Of a stretch of DNA of 34,041 nucleotides, positions 22,750 to 32,700 are shown in pieces. The stretch comes from a virus. Lineage: Duplodnaviria > Caudoviricetes. Within the stretch, counting starts at the first letter, position 1. Each line of letters starts with the position of its first letter. Location: positions 1 through 34,041 of the IMG/VR virus record IMGVR_UViG_3300017754_001682; one strand, 5' to 3'. Made by a program: the position numbers and the translations under genes. Below the pieces are notes generated by a model. The model worked only from the letters and a program-made list of their open reading frames with translations, ran no database searches and was not told where the DNA came from.

Positions 22750-23396
22750 TGAGTTTGACAGCGAGAGACAGTGGCGGCGGTAGCTTTACCCCCGTGGCCC
22801 CCGGAATGCACCTTGCACGGTGCTATCGAATTGTGGATTTGGGCACCCAAAAGACCGAGTACCAAGGGCAGGTCAAGCACCTTCAGAAGGTGATGATTCA
22901 GTTCGAGGTTCACGGTGAAGACGACAACGGAAATCCTTTGGTCACCAGCAAGGGCGAGCCGATGTCCATCAGCAAGAACTTCACCCTGTCGTTGGCCGAG
23001 AAGGCAACGCTGCGCAAGGACTTGCAGGCTTGGCGTGGCCGTGACTTCACTGCTGACGAGCTGCGCGGCTTTGAGCTGAAGAACGTGTTGGGCGCTTGGG
23101 CCATGATCACTGCGGCCAAGTCAGTTGGCGGTAACGGCAAGGAGTACACCAACATCGTCTCCATCAACCCCGTGCCCGTGGCAATCAAGAAGGCTGGGCT
23201 GCCAGAGGGCTTCAACAAGCCGGGCATTTTTGTCATCTCGGAGCCCGACATGGAGTTGTTCGGCACTTTCTCGGATTACCTCAAGGAGAAGATCCAAGGG
23301 TCACCCGAGTGGCGCTCCGGCAACCAAGCCCCTGCCAGCAAGCCCGGATCCACAGGATCTGGATTTGACGACATGGATGACGATATTCCCTTTTAA
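22746..23396 (+). CDS. Putative single-stranded DNA-binding protein
   Basis: Acidic tail DDMDDDIPF typical of SSBs; G.H.ARCYRIVDLGTQ...S..EKA.LRK core; AGGAG RBS. Confidence 0.7.
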   Translation: MMSLTARDSGGGSFTPVAPGMHLARCYRIVDLGTQKTEYQGQVKHLQKVMIQFEVHGEDDNGNPLVTSKGEPMSISKNFTLSLAEKATLRKDLQAWRGRDFTADELRGFELKNVLGAWAMITAAKSVGGNGKEYTNIVSINPVPVAIKKAGLPEGFNKPGIFVISEPDMELFGTFSDYLKEKIQGSPEWRSGNQAPASKPGSTGSGFDDMDDDIPF

Positions 23397-23413
23397 TTTA
23401 GAAGGCAACTGAT

Positions 23414-23698
23414 ATGCACATCGAGCCACGCAAACTGGCTCGACTCGAAGATCCAAGCACCTCAAAGAAGGCTGCACTTCGAGTCGACGAATTCGCCGGG
23501 AACATCTGTTCCAAGATCTACCAAGAGCTCAAGAAGGGTGACGGCACCTTTGAGCAACTTGCAACCCGTCTTGCGCTGCGTCCAGATCAGATCTGGCGGC
23601 GGCTTCCTGACCTTCAAAAAGCAGGGTACGCCGTACCTACTGAGCAAGAAATTACTGGCCAAGCTGGCCGCGCACAACGAGTCTGGAGAGCAATATGA
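23414..23698 (+). CDS. Winged-HTH-like protein, 94 aa
   Basis: ARxxDPxTSxxAA N-terminal motif; T.EQLA.RL....IWRRLPDL...R.QRVW. Confidence 0.7.
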   Translation: MHIEPRKLARLEDPSTSKKAALRVDEFAGNICSKIYQELKKGDGTFEQLATRLALRPDQIWRRLPDLQKAGYAVPTEQEITGQAGRAQRVWRAI

Positions 23699-24057
23699 AA
23701 ACACCCATGTCCCAAGTCCAAGAGCAAGCGCTCAAGCGTGTTTTTGCAGTCCTGAACAGCCTGAAATGCGAGTATGCAATCGTTGACCCTTGGGGCAACA
23801 AGCACGGCAATCTGGAGCTTGCAGAGGATCAAAAGACGCCGCGCAAGTACCCGCATGGGGAGAGGTCAAACTTCGTCAAACAGTTCTTGGAAGACATGGC
23901 CATTGGCGATGTTGTGGAAATTCCATTCGACAAGTACGAGCCGATTGAGGTTCAGACATCTGCCATATCTGCAGCCCACAAAATTTGGGGCGCTGGCTCC
24001 GTCACCACGGCAACGGTCAAATCCAAAAACGCCATTGAACTTATGAGGGTCTTGTAA
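23695..24057 (+). CDS. Hypothetical protein, 120 aa
   Basis: GGAG RBS; ATGA overlap. Confidence 0.7.
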   Translation: MKTPMSQVQEQALKRVFAVLNSLKCEYAIVDPWGNKHGNLELAEDQKTPRKYPHGERSNFVKQFLEDMAIGDVVEIPFDKYEPIEVQTSAISAAHKIWGAGSVTTATVKSKNAIELMRVL

Positions 24058-24224
24058 TGGAAGATTTATTCCCTATTGCGCTCGTTCTCTGGGTGCTTGC
24101 CTCTTGGATCACACACATCGTGGTGTGCCTTAAAACAGCCTCGTGGGGCTTCCTGATCGCTGGAGCTATCGTGTTCCCCATCGCTTGGATCCACGGCACT
24201 GGCATCTGGATTGGGGTGTTCTGA
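24057..24224 (+). CDS. Small membrane protein, 55 aa
   Basis: My translation MEDLFPIALVLWVLASWITHIVVCLKTASWGFLIAGAIVFPIAWIHGTGIWIGVF; TAATG and TGATG coupling. Confidence 0.7.
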   Translation: MEDLFPIALVLWVLASWITHIVVCLKTASWGFLIAGAIVFPIAWIHGTGIWIGVF

Positions 24225-24988
24225 TGGTCGCAAAAGAACCACGCGCAAGCGAATCCAACCATTGGTACACCCGCGACGGCGTGCCGCGCTACACGGTGAT
24301 CGGCAAGAACGGCAAGGAGCGCAACACCACGCTGCGCGACGCCCGAACCGAAAGCCTTGTGCCAAGCGTGACCACCATCCTGAACGTGATGGCCAAGCCC
24401 GCCCTGACTCAGTGGCTGCAAAAGCAGGTGCTCATGGCTGCCCTGACACTGCCCCGCATCGACAACGAACCGGAGGATGACTATATCAACCGGATCATTC
24501 TGGACAGCAAGGAGCAAGGCCGGGCTGCTGCGGACGCAGGAACGGACATTCACGCCTCGATTCAGGGCTTCTATGAGGGTGAGGTAGTCCACCGCCACGA
24601 GGCCCACGTAAAGGGCACTGTGGCCATTCTGGACGCCATGTTTGGCCAGCAGGCTTGGATTGCTGAACGGGCCTTTGGCCACAGCCACGGCTTCGGCGGG
24701 AAGTGTGACCTGCACTGCACCGCAGGCGACGGGATTGTGGTTGACGTGAAGACCAAAGAGTTCAGCGATCCCAACAAGGTTGACACCTATGATGACCACC
24801 TGATGCAGTTGGCCGCCTACCGCGTTGGTCTCGGCATTCCCAAGGCGCGCTGTGCCAATGCCTTTGTGTCGCGTAGCGTGCCGGGGCTGGTGGTGATCAA
24901 GGAATGGGAAGAGGCGGATCTGCAGCGGGGCTGGGAGATGTTCTGCTCGCTCTTAAAATTCTGGCAGCTCAAAAATCAACACACATGA
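24224..24988 (+). CDS. PD-(D/E)XK (RecB-like) exonuclease, 254 aa
   Basis: PSVTTIL, GTDIH, E, GKCDL, VVDVKT, QLAAY motifs. Start set at MVAKE. Confidence 0.85.
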   Translation: MVAKEPRASESNHWYTRDGVPRYTVIGKNGKERNTTLRDARTESLVPSVTTILNVMAKPALTQWLQKQVLMAALTLPRIDNEPEDDYINRIILDSKEQGRAAADAGTDIHASIQGFYEGEVVHRHEAHVKGTVAILDAMFGQQAWIAERAFGHSHGFGGKCDLHCTAGDGIVVDVKTKEFSDPNKVDTYDDHLMQLAAYRVGLGIPKARCANAFVSRSVPGLVVIKEWEEADLQRGWEMFCSLLKFWQLKNQHT

Positions 24989-25218
24989 AAACCACACTGA
25001 AAACGATCACAGCATTTGAGACATCTGACGGCGCAATTTTTTCATCGGAGCGTGCCGCAGAAAAGCATGAGCTGCTGCTTGTCAAGGAGTCCGTCATTGA
25101 CGAATTTTTGGAAAGCAACCTAAACTCTTATACGGGCCACGCACATCGCTCAATGGCCCGGAACACCGTTGTCAACTGGGAACTTTGGAAATCAAAAAAT
25201 GAAATCACATCTAAATGA
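24985..25218 (+). CDS. Hypothetical protein, 77 aa (MKTTLK...)
   Basis: ATGA overlap; FETSDG..F....A..HE motif. Confidence 0.6.
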   Translation: MKTTLKTITAFETSDGAIFSSERAAEKHELLLVKESVIDEFLESNLNSYTGHAHRSMARNTVVNWELWKSKNEITSK

Positions 25219-25426
25219 AGAGCTGGTCAAGCAAGTCTTTTTCTACAGCGACGAGAAGCGGCCAGATCCGCTGATTGCCGACGAGGTGGACATTGTGCAA
25301 TTCGCGGAGAAGCTGGAGGCCGTGCTGCGCCCCCTGATTGCCGCCGAGGAGCACAAGCGGTGCGTCACGATCGTGGCCCATATGAACCGGGAAGTGGCCA
25401 ACGCTCTGGCTGGCCAGCGCCCATAA
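25199..25426 (+). CDS. Hypothetical protein, 75 aa (MKSHL...)
   Basis: Last ORF before the terminator. Confidence 0.6.
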   Translation: MKSHLNEELVKQVFFYSDEKRPDPLIADEVDIVQFAEKLEAVLRPLIAAEEHKRCVTIVAHMNREVANALAGQRP

Positions 25427-25456
25427 AAAAACCCCCTCCTTTTAACGGGAGGGGGT
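25425..25456 (-). terminator. Intrinsic terminator between convergent operons
   Basis: 9-bp stem accccctcc (25431-39) / ggagggggt (25448-56). The A7 on the left gives a U-tract on the minus strand. Confidence 0.85.
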
Positions 25457-25515
25457 ATCAAGGATACCGTGGCAACTGAAAAGCACGGCAATCCAAGCGG
25501 GGAGGAACGCTTGAA

Positions 25516-27078
25516 TTAGGGCCCAGTGTAGTCCGCGTAAGGATCTGGCTGGAAGGTCTCACCAAGAGACTGGAGTTTCTTCTTGTACCACTCAGGGTCT
25601 GAGCGGACATCTTGCGCAAGGCCAGCGCCGACCGCCAAAGGAATTCCAAGCGGCTGAGTTGGCGGGAACATGGACAGACCTCCGCCAAGAGCTGCAGTTG
25701 CCTGCAACGCCATTTTTGTGTAATCGCGATCTTCTGGCTTCTTGTCGTACTCGTGGGCAACATCAGCCGCCTCAAGTCCAGCGCCAAGTCCTGAAAGAAC
25801 TGGGAAACCAAACTTCCCTGTAATCCTTGCGGCGTTGACCACCGGCTTCAATGGCCGCATCATGGTCTTGAACATGTCGGTCACAGCATCAAGCCCGGAC
25901 GGGCCTTTGGGCATTGGTGGCGCTGTAGGTATGGGTGGAGGCTTTGCTGCGCCGATTTGAGGCACTGCGGCGCTTTTGATTGGCAATGCGCCACCGGACT
26001 GAGCTGCCTGAGCCTGTATTGAAGGTGGGGTGTAGGCTCGTGGGCCTGCGCCGACGCTTGGCTCTGGCGTCATGATCCCACCGAAACGGGGGTTCTCGAC
26101 ATAGGACTCGCCGGGAAACAGTTGCTTGACTTTTTCCAGTCCCTCGCGACGCTTGGTCGAGAGGTCATGAACGCCGCCCTCCTGCTTGGTCATATCCAGT
26201 GCTCTACCAGCTTCAATGTCCGTCAAACCAGCGGCCTTCCCGTAGTTGTAGGGCATGGTTCCGGTTTGGCCAGCAGCCATCCGGCCAGCGTCAGGGCCGC
26301 CAGAGGGTATGGGCAAGCGGGCCGGGGCACCGGAAGCAGCAGCAGGAGCACCGGGAACAGCGGCAGGAGCACCGGGGGCAGCGCCGGGGGCTACAGCAGG
26401 CGTTCCTGCGGCACGTTGCGCAGCAATACGGGCGTTTTCTTCAGCAGCAGCCATTTTTGCGGCCATGCCGGTGCGAACATCTGAAACTCCTTGGCCAGCA
26501 GACACAATAGCGCCAGCGCCTGCACCGATGCCGCCAAACAGGAACTGCTCCGCCTTGTCTGCGCCGGACAGGTCTGCCTCTTTTGGCTTGGGTGGTGGGG
26601 CCTTGCCGGGAACCATATCCTCGCCCGGCTCCTTGGGGCTGGCTGAAAGCGAGCTGGGCAGCGCAGCCTTGGCATTGGTCATGGCTTGTTCATACTCAGT
26701 TGCGGGAATCTCAAAATAAGACCCGCGCTTGCCTTCAGACAGGCCGCGAGAGAATGCGCCAACGTCTTCTCCAGCACCAATGGCCTTGGGGAAGTTGCGC
26801 TTGATCATGTCAGCGTAGTACATGCCAAAGACCTCTGGGTCTTCAAACTTGAGGTACTTGTCCACAGAGCCAGTCTTGTTGTCCTTGCCCTTCTCGCCGG
26901 TTCCGCTGAAGTCCTTGATGTTGCCGACGTTGAAGCTGGCTGGCACCGATTGACCCCAGCGGCTCTCCATGCCCCACTGGCTCAACAGCACGTTGGGATC
27001 AACGCTGATCTCTCTGCCGACCTGTACAGCCACAGGCCCGTAGGTTGCAATGAACTGCTCAATGTTTTTGTTGGCCAT
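25516..27078 (-). CDS. Internal virion/ejection protein with N-terminal GH73 (FlgJ-like) peptidoglycan hydrolase domain
   Basis: FI.....A.......P..LLSQWGMESRWG......N.GNIK...YLKF; Pro/Ala linkers; hydrophobic Gly-rich C-terminus. Confidence 0.75.
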   Translation of the reverse strand: MANKNIEQFIATYGPVAVQVGREISVDPNVLLSQWGMESRWGQSVPASFNVGNIKDFSGTGEKGKDNKTGSVDKYLKFEDPEVFGMYYADMIKRNFPKAIGAGEDVGAFSRGLSEGKRGSYFEIPATEYEQAMTNAKAALPSSLSASPKEPGEDMVPGKAPPPKPKEADLSGADKAEQFLFGGIGAGAGAIVSAGQGVSDVRTGMAAKMAAAEENARIAAQRAAGTPAVAPGAAPGAPAAVPGAPAAASGAPARLPIPSGGPDAGRMAAGQTGTMPYNYGKAAGLTDIEAGRALDMTKQEGGVHDLSTKRREGLEKVKQLFPGESYVENPRFGGIMTPEPSVGAGPRAYTPPSIQAQAAQSGGALPIKSAAVPQIGAAKPPPIPTAPPMPKGPSGLDAVTDMFKTMMRPLKPVVNAARITGKFGFPVLSGLGAGLEAADVAHEYDKKPEDRDYTKMALQATAALGGGLSMFPPTQPLGIPLAVGAGLAQDVRSDPEWYKKKLQSLGETFQPDPYADYTGP

Positions 27079-27079
27079 A

Positions 27080-28681
27080 TTATTCGCCTTCGCGTTTTTT
27101 CCGGATCATGCCAGTCTTTGGATCTCTGACAAAACCGGCACTCGGTGCAGCGCCCTGTTCCGCCTTTTTGGCAGGGACAAGGATCGTGCTTCCGGACGAG
27201 AGGTCTGCAAGATCCTCGTTGTATTTGTCGCGCATCTGGCTGTACTTGTCAGAGTCAAGGAAATCATCAGCAGTCATCTTGGATGCCTTGAACTCTTTGG
27301 CGACTCGTCGGTCAAACTGGGCTCGACGGGTCATCAAGTCGGCCTTCATGCGGATCGACTCAGGCGTGTCGCCTGCATTGACACCGGCATTGGCCATCAG
27401 ACGCTGCTCAAAGTCAGACACAGAACCCTTCATGTACTTGCTTTGCAGCAACTGCATTTGCGTGGCATACATCAAGAAGGTGCGGTACTTGGCCTGCTCG
27501 GAATCGTTCAACTTCGCGTTGCGCATGACATCCTCGATGGCCTTGGTTCCAACGGTGAAACCGGGAATGCCAATGCCGTCACGAACCAATGTCGCAATGC
27601 CGGAAGAGATCTTGTCATTGTTCAGGATGCCAACCATCTTCTTGGATTCTGGATCCTCGGCAAACCGGCGGAACACGTTAGCCGTCGTGATGGTCTCATC
27701 GGCATCACGCGCTCTTTGTGTGAAGTTTTTGCGATCTTCAACCTCTTGAGAAATTTTTGCTTCTTGAAGTTTTTTGTCGCGTTCTGCGTTAAGCGCTCGC
27801 TCTTCAACCGACATGGGCGCACCTGAAGTTGAGAACCCCTTGGTGTACTTGTCAGCAAGCGCATTGTAGCCAGCCTCGTTGTTTTGGCGCATGAGGGAAT
27901 TCAGCTCCAAAGCAACAGACTCGGGCACCTTGAAGGTCTTGCCGTCGTACCCTTCGCCAAAAATCTGCACATCAACCGGAGTGGCCTTGTTGGCGTAATA
28001 CTTTCCAGTCGCAAGGTCGATGACGCCGCTCTCTTTGACCTGCAGACGCTTCTGCTCAATCTCTTGGCCCTTCTCCAAAAGTTCGCCGAGGGGCTTGCCG
28101 CTGGTTCGGTTCAAGCGGACGTAGTCCTTGGCGCTCATAAAGTTTGCATTCGGGGGCATGATCTGAACCCCGTCAACACCCTCAAACCCTTTTGGTTTCT
28201 CTACGGATTCCAGAGCACCCCTTGTGGCTGGCAGTGCATCAGACGGCTCCGCGCCGGGCAGTGCGCCGGGCTTTGGTGCGGTCGTAGCTCCGGGAAGCCC
28301 TCCAGCCGGTGCGGCAGGCTTCTGCTGCGCCTCGGGGTTCAGGTACTTGTTCAGCTCGGCATCGCGCTCACGCATACGCTGAAGCTCAACACCCTGCCCA
28401 GCAAGGCCGACCTTCTGCTGCAGCACGTCTCGATCTTCTTTTTCCTGCTCCGCTTGAGCTTTGGCCACATTTTCATTGACCGCTCCAAGCGACTCGAAAA
28501 AGCTTCCGGTTGATTTTGGAGTCAAAAATCCTTTTGCTGCGGCAGCATAAACAGGGTCAATGAACCGATTTTTTCGGTTGTCAAGAGACTCCGACAGCTT
28601 GCGCATCGCCTCTTGGTACTGAGCATTTGCCTCGATAGCTTCAGGGCTCTCTCCTGCAAGATAGGGGGTCTGTGTTGCCAT
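27080..28681 (-). CDS. Putative internal virion/ejection protein, 533 aa
   Basis: Helical, with a GSFFESLG N-terminal motif and G.VSDFE near the C-terminus. Lies in the ejection gene block. Confidence 0.65.
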   Translation of the reverse strand: MATQTPYLAGESPEAIEANAQYQEAMRKLSESLDNRKNRFIDPVYAAAAKGFLTPKSTGSFFESLGAVNENVAKAQAEQEKEDRDVLQQKVGLAGQGVELQRMRERDAELNKYLNPEAQQKPAAPAGGLPGATTAPKPGALPGAEPSDALPATRGALESVEKPKGFEGVDGVQIMPPNANFMSAKDYVRLNRTSGKPLGELLEKGQEIEQKRLQVKESGVIDLATGKYYANKATPVDVQIFGEGYDGKTFKVPESVALELNSLMRQNNEAGYNALADKYTKGFSTSGAPMSVEERALNAERDKKLQEAKISQEVEDRKNFTQRARDADETITTANVFRRFAEDPESKKMVGILNNDKISSGIATLVRDGIGIPGFTVGTKAIEDVMRNAKLNDSEQAKYRTFLMYATQMQLLQSKYMKGSVSDFEQRLMANAGVNAGDTPESIRMKADLMTRRAQFDRRVAKEFKASKMTADDFLDSDKYSQMRDKYNEDLADLSSGSTILVPAKKAEQGAAPSAGFVRDPKTGMIRKKREGE

Positions 28682-28682
28682 A

Positions 28683-29771
28683 TTATTCCCCTGTCAGGTC
28701 GACAATGTCGCCGTTGGTGTCGTAGTAGTTTCCTGATGCTGAATCAAAAAATACAGAAGTGCCCGATGCGTTTTCTCCAACGTATTCGCGTTGGTTGTTC
28801 ACAATGTCGTTGAACCTTTGCAGGCGAGCTGTTTCTGCGGCAGACTGATCTCCTCCGGCGGCTACAGAAGATCCTGAACCAAGTCCACCAGTAAGGTACT
28901 CTAAAAGCCCCTTGCTGGTATTTTTGATGGTGTTCATTCCGTTGCCTGTTGCAACACCGCCAAGCGTTGTCAAGGTTCCCATAATTTTGTCAAGGTCAGA
29001 CAATTGGTACAAGCCAGCTTTTGGCCCCACAAACGTCTCCGTCCGCGTTTGGGGTTGTGTGTAGCCCTTGAGCAAGTTGGAAACAGAAGTCGCTGTCTTG
29101 AGCGGGGCATCCAACAGGCTTTGCTGGTAGGCTTGCTTTTCGGCACCAGCCTTGGTGAGCGCATTTGCTCCGGTAATTCCTTGCAGTTGCTCTGCGTCGG
29201 CAATCTTCTGCTGCGTGAGTGCCGTAGTATTGCGCAGGTTGGCTTCGTCTAAAGCGCCCTTCATGGCCTCAGAATAGCCTTTGGACAGCGCGCCATACTG
29301 TTGCCCTGTCAGACTTGACTGAGTGTCCGCCATGGACTGTCCAAGGGCATTGGCGTAGCGTTGGCTGCCGAGGCCGCCAGTTCCCACAAACCCGGCCTTC
29401 ATGGTGGGAAGCAAGTTCTGCTGCAAGTTCTGCTGCGACAGTCGACCCATCTCATCCACCACGTTTTGGGTGTACGGGTTCATCAGCGCCTGAATGCGGT
29501 CTGGCTGAATTCCTTTTGCCGCCTCTGCTGCGGTTAGACCGGCAGCATCTAAACCAGCCGCTCCAGCCGTTACGGCACCGGGCAGGGCTCCGTAACCCTG
29601 CGTTTGCAAGGGGTCATACCCGGCAATAGTTTGGGCGGCGGTCTTGTCTGTGGCAGTTTTACCTACATCAGCAAGGTTTGACAGGTAGTCGGTGTAATAC
29701 TTCGGGGCAGTATCAGCAGTGGTGGTTGTCTGCGTGATGTCTGGTAACGCTTCACCTTGGGTAAATGCCAT
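28683..29771 (-). CDS. Putative DNA-transfer/pilot-type virion protein, 362 aa
   Basis: Gln/Ala/Gly-rich; MNPYTQNVVD...G.GG.GSQR motif; AGGAG RBS. Confidence 0.65.
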   Translation of the reverse strand: MAFTQGEALPDITQTTTTADTAPKYYTDYLSNLADVGKTATDKTAAQTIAGYDPLQTQGYGALPGAVTAGAAGLDAAGLTAAEAAKGIQPDRIQALMNPYTQNVVDEMGRLSQQNLQQNLLPTMKAGFVGTGGLGSQRYANALGQSMADTQSSLTGQQYGALSKGYSEAMKGALDEANLRNTTALTQQKIADAEQLQGITGANALTKAGAEKQAYQQSLLDAPLKTATSVSNLLKGYTQPQTRTETFVGPKAGLYQLSDLDKIMGTLTTLGGVATGNGMNTIKNTSKGLLEYLTGGLGSGSSVAAGGDQSAAETARLQRFNDIVNNQREYVGENASGTSVFFDSASGNYYDTNGDIVDLTGE

Positions 29772-29783
29772 TTCTTTCTCCTA

Positions 29784-32700
29784 TCAAGCGTGTTTTTTAA
29801 GGTAGTCCAAAGGAGACTTCTTGGCCGGGGGCGGAAGGTCTTTGGGTTTGGCCGACCTGTGATACGCCCGAATGGAGTGCATCATGTCGTATAGTTTATC
29901 GCTTCCGGCCTTGGTTGAGCCATTTCCTAGGGCAGCAACCACGTCAGCAGGGAATACAAACTCTCCGTCGGCCAGCATTGCGGGAATATCGTCAGACTGG
30001 CCGTCGCCGGGGCCAGTAACCGCATTGCCTGTTCGGAAGTCGATCCGTGGCTTGCCTTCGTGCTGAATGACATTCAATCCGCCGCCAGCGTAATTCTGCT
30101 TGCGGCTTTTTCCGCCACCTGCAAACAGAGGGGTTGCAAGACCGCCAGCCTTGGAGTAAAGCATTTCGGTTCCGGGATTTTCGTTCAATACCTCGTTGAG
30201 GTCATACTCGTTTCCGTAGCTGAAATAATTTGTGTTGCCCTGCGGGTTTTGCATGTCAAGTTCCTTCTTTGTAGGTGCGGCCTGTTGCTGCTGTTCGTTT
30301 AACTGTTTTGGTTCATAAAAGCCAGACTCAGCATCCTTCAAGAAGGATCCCAGCGCACTTTCAAATTTGTTTTCGCCGCCAGTGCTTGTCAGGCCAAGTT
30401 GAGCCCAAGGACGCGCCGTTTCCTCGGCTGCTGGTGCAACCTTCGACCTGATGTAATTAGCGCCAGCGGTGAGGCCGGACATCATGTTTTGCTGCGTAGC
30501 CTTGTCTTTGGCGGCTTTGGCGGCTGCTGCTGTCTTTGCTGCCTCTGCTGCCTGTGCTGCCTTGATGTCAGTGACACTGGTCTGCAGGCCAAGGACGCCG
30601 GTATTAAGCTCGCCAAGGGCGGCCTGAGTGGCCTCTTGGTAAGACTTGCCTTGGCTGACTAACTCATCAACGCGGGTGTTGAACTGGGTCTGAACGTCAG
30701 TGATGTTCTTGGACAGGTCGGTCTTGACCGTGTTGATTTGCTGGGTCGTTGTCTTGGTGGCGTTGTCAATCGCAGTCTTAGTGTCAATGCCCTGTTGGAT
30801 CTGAGTGTTGACAATATCCTGATCGGCCTTGGTCAGGGCGTCGTACTTCGTCTGCAGGTCTGCCGACAGAGTTCCGATCTGCGTCTCTGTCTTGGTTTGC
30901 GCAGCGTTGATTGCCGCAGTAAGGTCAACGCCCTGTTTGACGCGAGCATCCACTTCCAGCTTCTGGGCAGCGGTCAATGCGTTGTACTTGGCCTGAGCAT
31001 CAGCGCCCAATCCGGTGATCTGCGACTGCAGCCCGGATGCGGTTTCCGTAATTGCCTTGGTCAGGTCTTTACCCTGCTGCACTTGAGCGTCAACAGCGTC
31101 CTTCTGGGCCTGAGTCAATGCGCCGTACTGGGTCTGCATCTCTGCCGACAAGCCAGAAATCTGAGATTGCAGGCCAGCAGCAGACTCCGTAATGGCCAGA
31201 GTCAAGTCTTTGCCTTGCTGAACCTGCGCGTCAACGGCATCCTTTTGAGCCTGCGACAAGGTGTCGTACTTGGTCTGCATCTCTTTCGACAGACCGGAAA
31301 TATCGGATGCAAACTGAGTCTTCAGCTCGGCTGTTGACTTGCCCATCTGCGCCAGGATGTCCGCAGCGCTTGTCTTCTGATCTGAGGCGACCTTGTTGAT
31401 TGCAGATTGCAGAGCCGCATCGCCCTTTAATCCAGCCGCCTTTGCGTCAGCGATTGCAGCCGACAGCTTGGTGTCCAAACTGGTGACTTGCGTAGTAATC
31501 TGCGTTTTAAGGGCGGCCTCTGTGGTGCCTAGCTTGGTCAGCAGCGAGGCCGTATCAGTCTTCTGAGTTGTCGCAACGGTGTTGATGGCCTTTTGAAGAG
31601 CCGCGTCCCGCGTCATGCCAGCCTTCTCATTTAGAGCCACTTGGGCAAGGATGTCCTTTTCAGTCTGAGCCAGATCAGCCTGTACAGCATCAATTTCTTT
31701 GGTGAGGGAAGTGCTAAGGCCGCTAATCTTGGATGTCAGAGTTGCGGTGTCAGTCTTCTGAACCGCTGCAACAGTGTTGATTGCCTTTTGAAGTGCGGCA
31801 TCGCGGGTCATGCCCGCTTTTTCGTTCAGAGCAACCTGAGCAAGAATGTCTTTTTCAGTCTGAGCAAGGTCGGCTTGAACTGCGTCGATCTCTTTGGTGA
31901 GGTTTGTATTTAACCCGCTGATTTTTGCCGTCAGTGCGGCACTGTCCGTCTTCTGAGTAGCCGCCACCGTATTGATGGCTTTTTGAAGCGCGGCATCGCG
32001 AGTCATGCCCGCCTTCTCATTCAGGGCCACCTCTGCAAGAATGCTTTTCTCCGTTTTATCTAGGTCAGCCTGCACAGCTCCAATCTCTTTTCCGAGGTTC
32101 GTATTAAGGCCGCTGATGCTTTGGGTCAGGGTGGCAACATCGGTTTTTTGCGTAGCGGCGACAGTGCTGATTGCTTTCTGAAGCGCAGTGTCCCGAGTCA
32201 TTCCAGCTTTTTCGTTGAGCGCGACTTCAGCAAGGATGTCTTTTTCGGCTTGAGCCAGCTCAGTGCTGGTTACCATTCCTTTTGTGGCGGCAGAGATTGC
32301 TGTTGATACATCAGCTTTTGTCAGTGCAGGGTTTTTGGTCATATAGTCCGTAATGGACTTGGTGACATCCGCAGCGCTCAGGCCGGGGTTCGCCTTCATT
32401 GCAGCCTTGATTTCTTCTGCAACGTCAGTCTTGGTTAAACCAACAGGGAACTTGATTCCCGCAATTGCGGCATTTACATCAGCCGTTGTGGCTACACCCT
32501 TCAAGGCATCGCTGATGGATGTTTTGACGCCAGCGTCCGTAGCCAGTCCCGTTGTTCCCGTAGTAATTGCATCAGCCACCTGCTGGAGCGTTATGCTGGG
32601 ATTTTTGGACATGTAATTTGTGATTGCCTGAGTCACATCCGCAGGTGTAATTCCTGCCGGGAACTGAATTCCGGCAATGGCGTCTTGAATGTCTTTGGGC

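Noticed and set aside
24224-24988. Cas4 call for the PD-(D/E)XK nuclease
   Set aside because: Lacks the Cas4 four-cysteine Fe-S arrangement and sits in an SSB/recombination operon.
25458-25811. 117-aa minus ORF overlapping the end of the muramidase gene
   Set aside because: Alternative frame of a real gene running into the 3' hairpins; no RBS.
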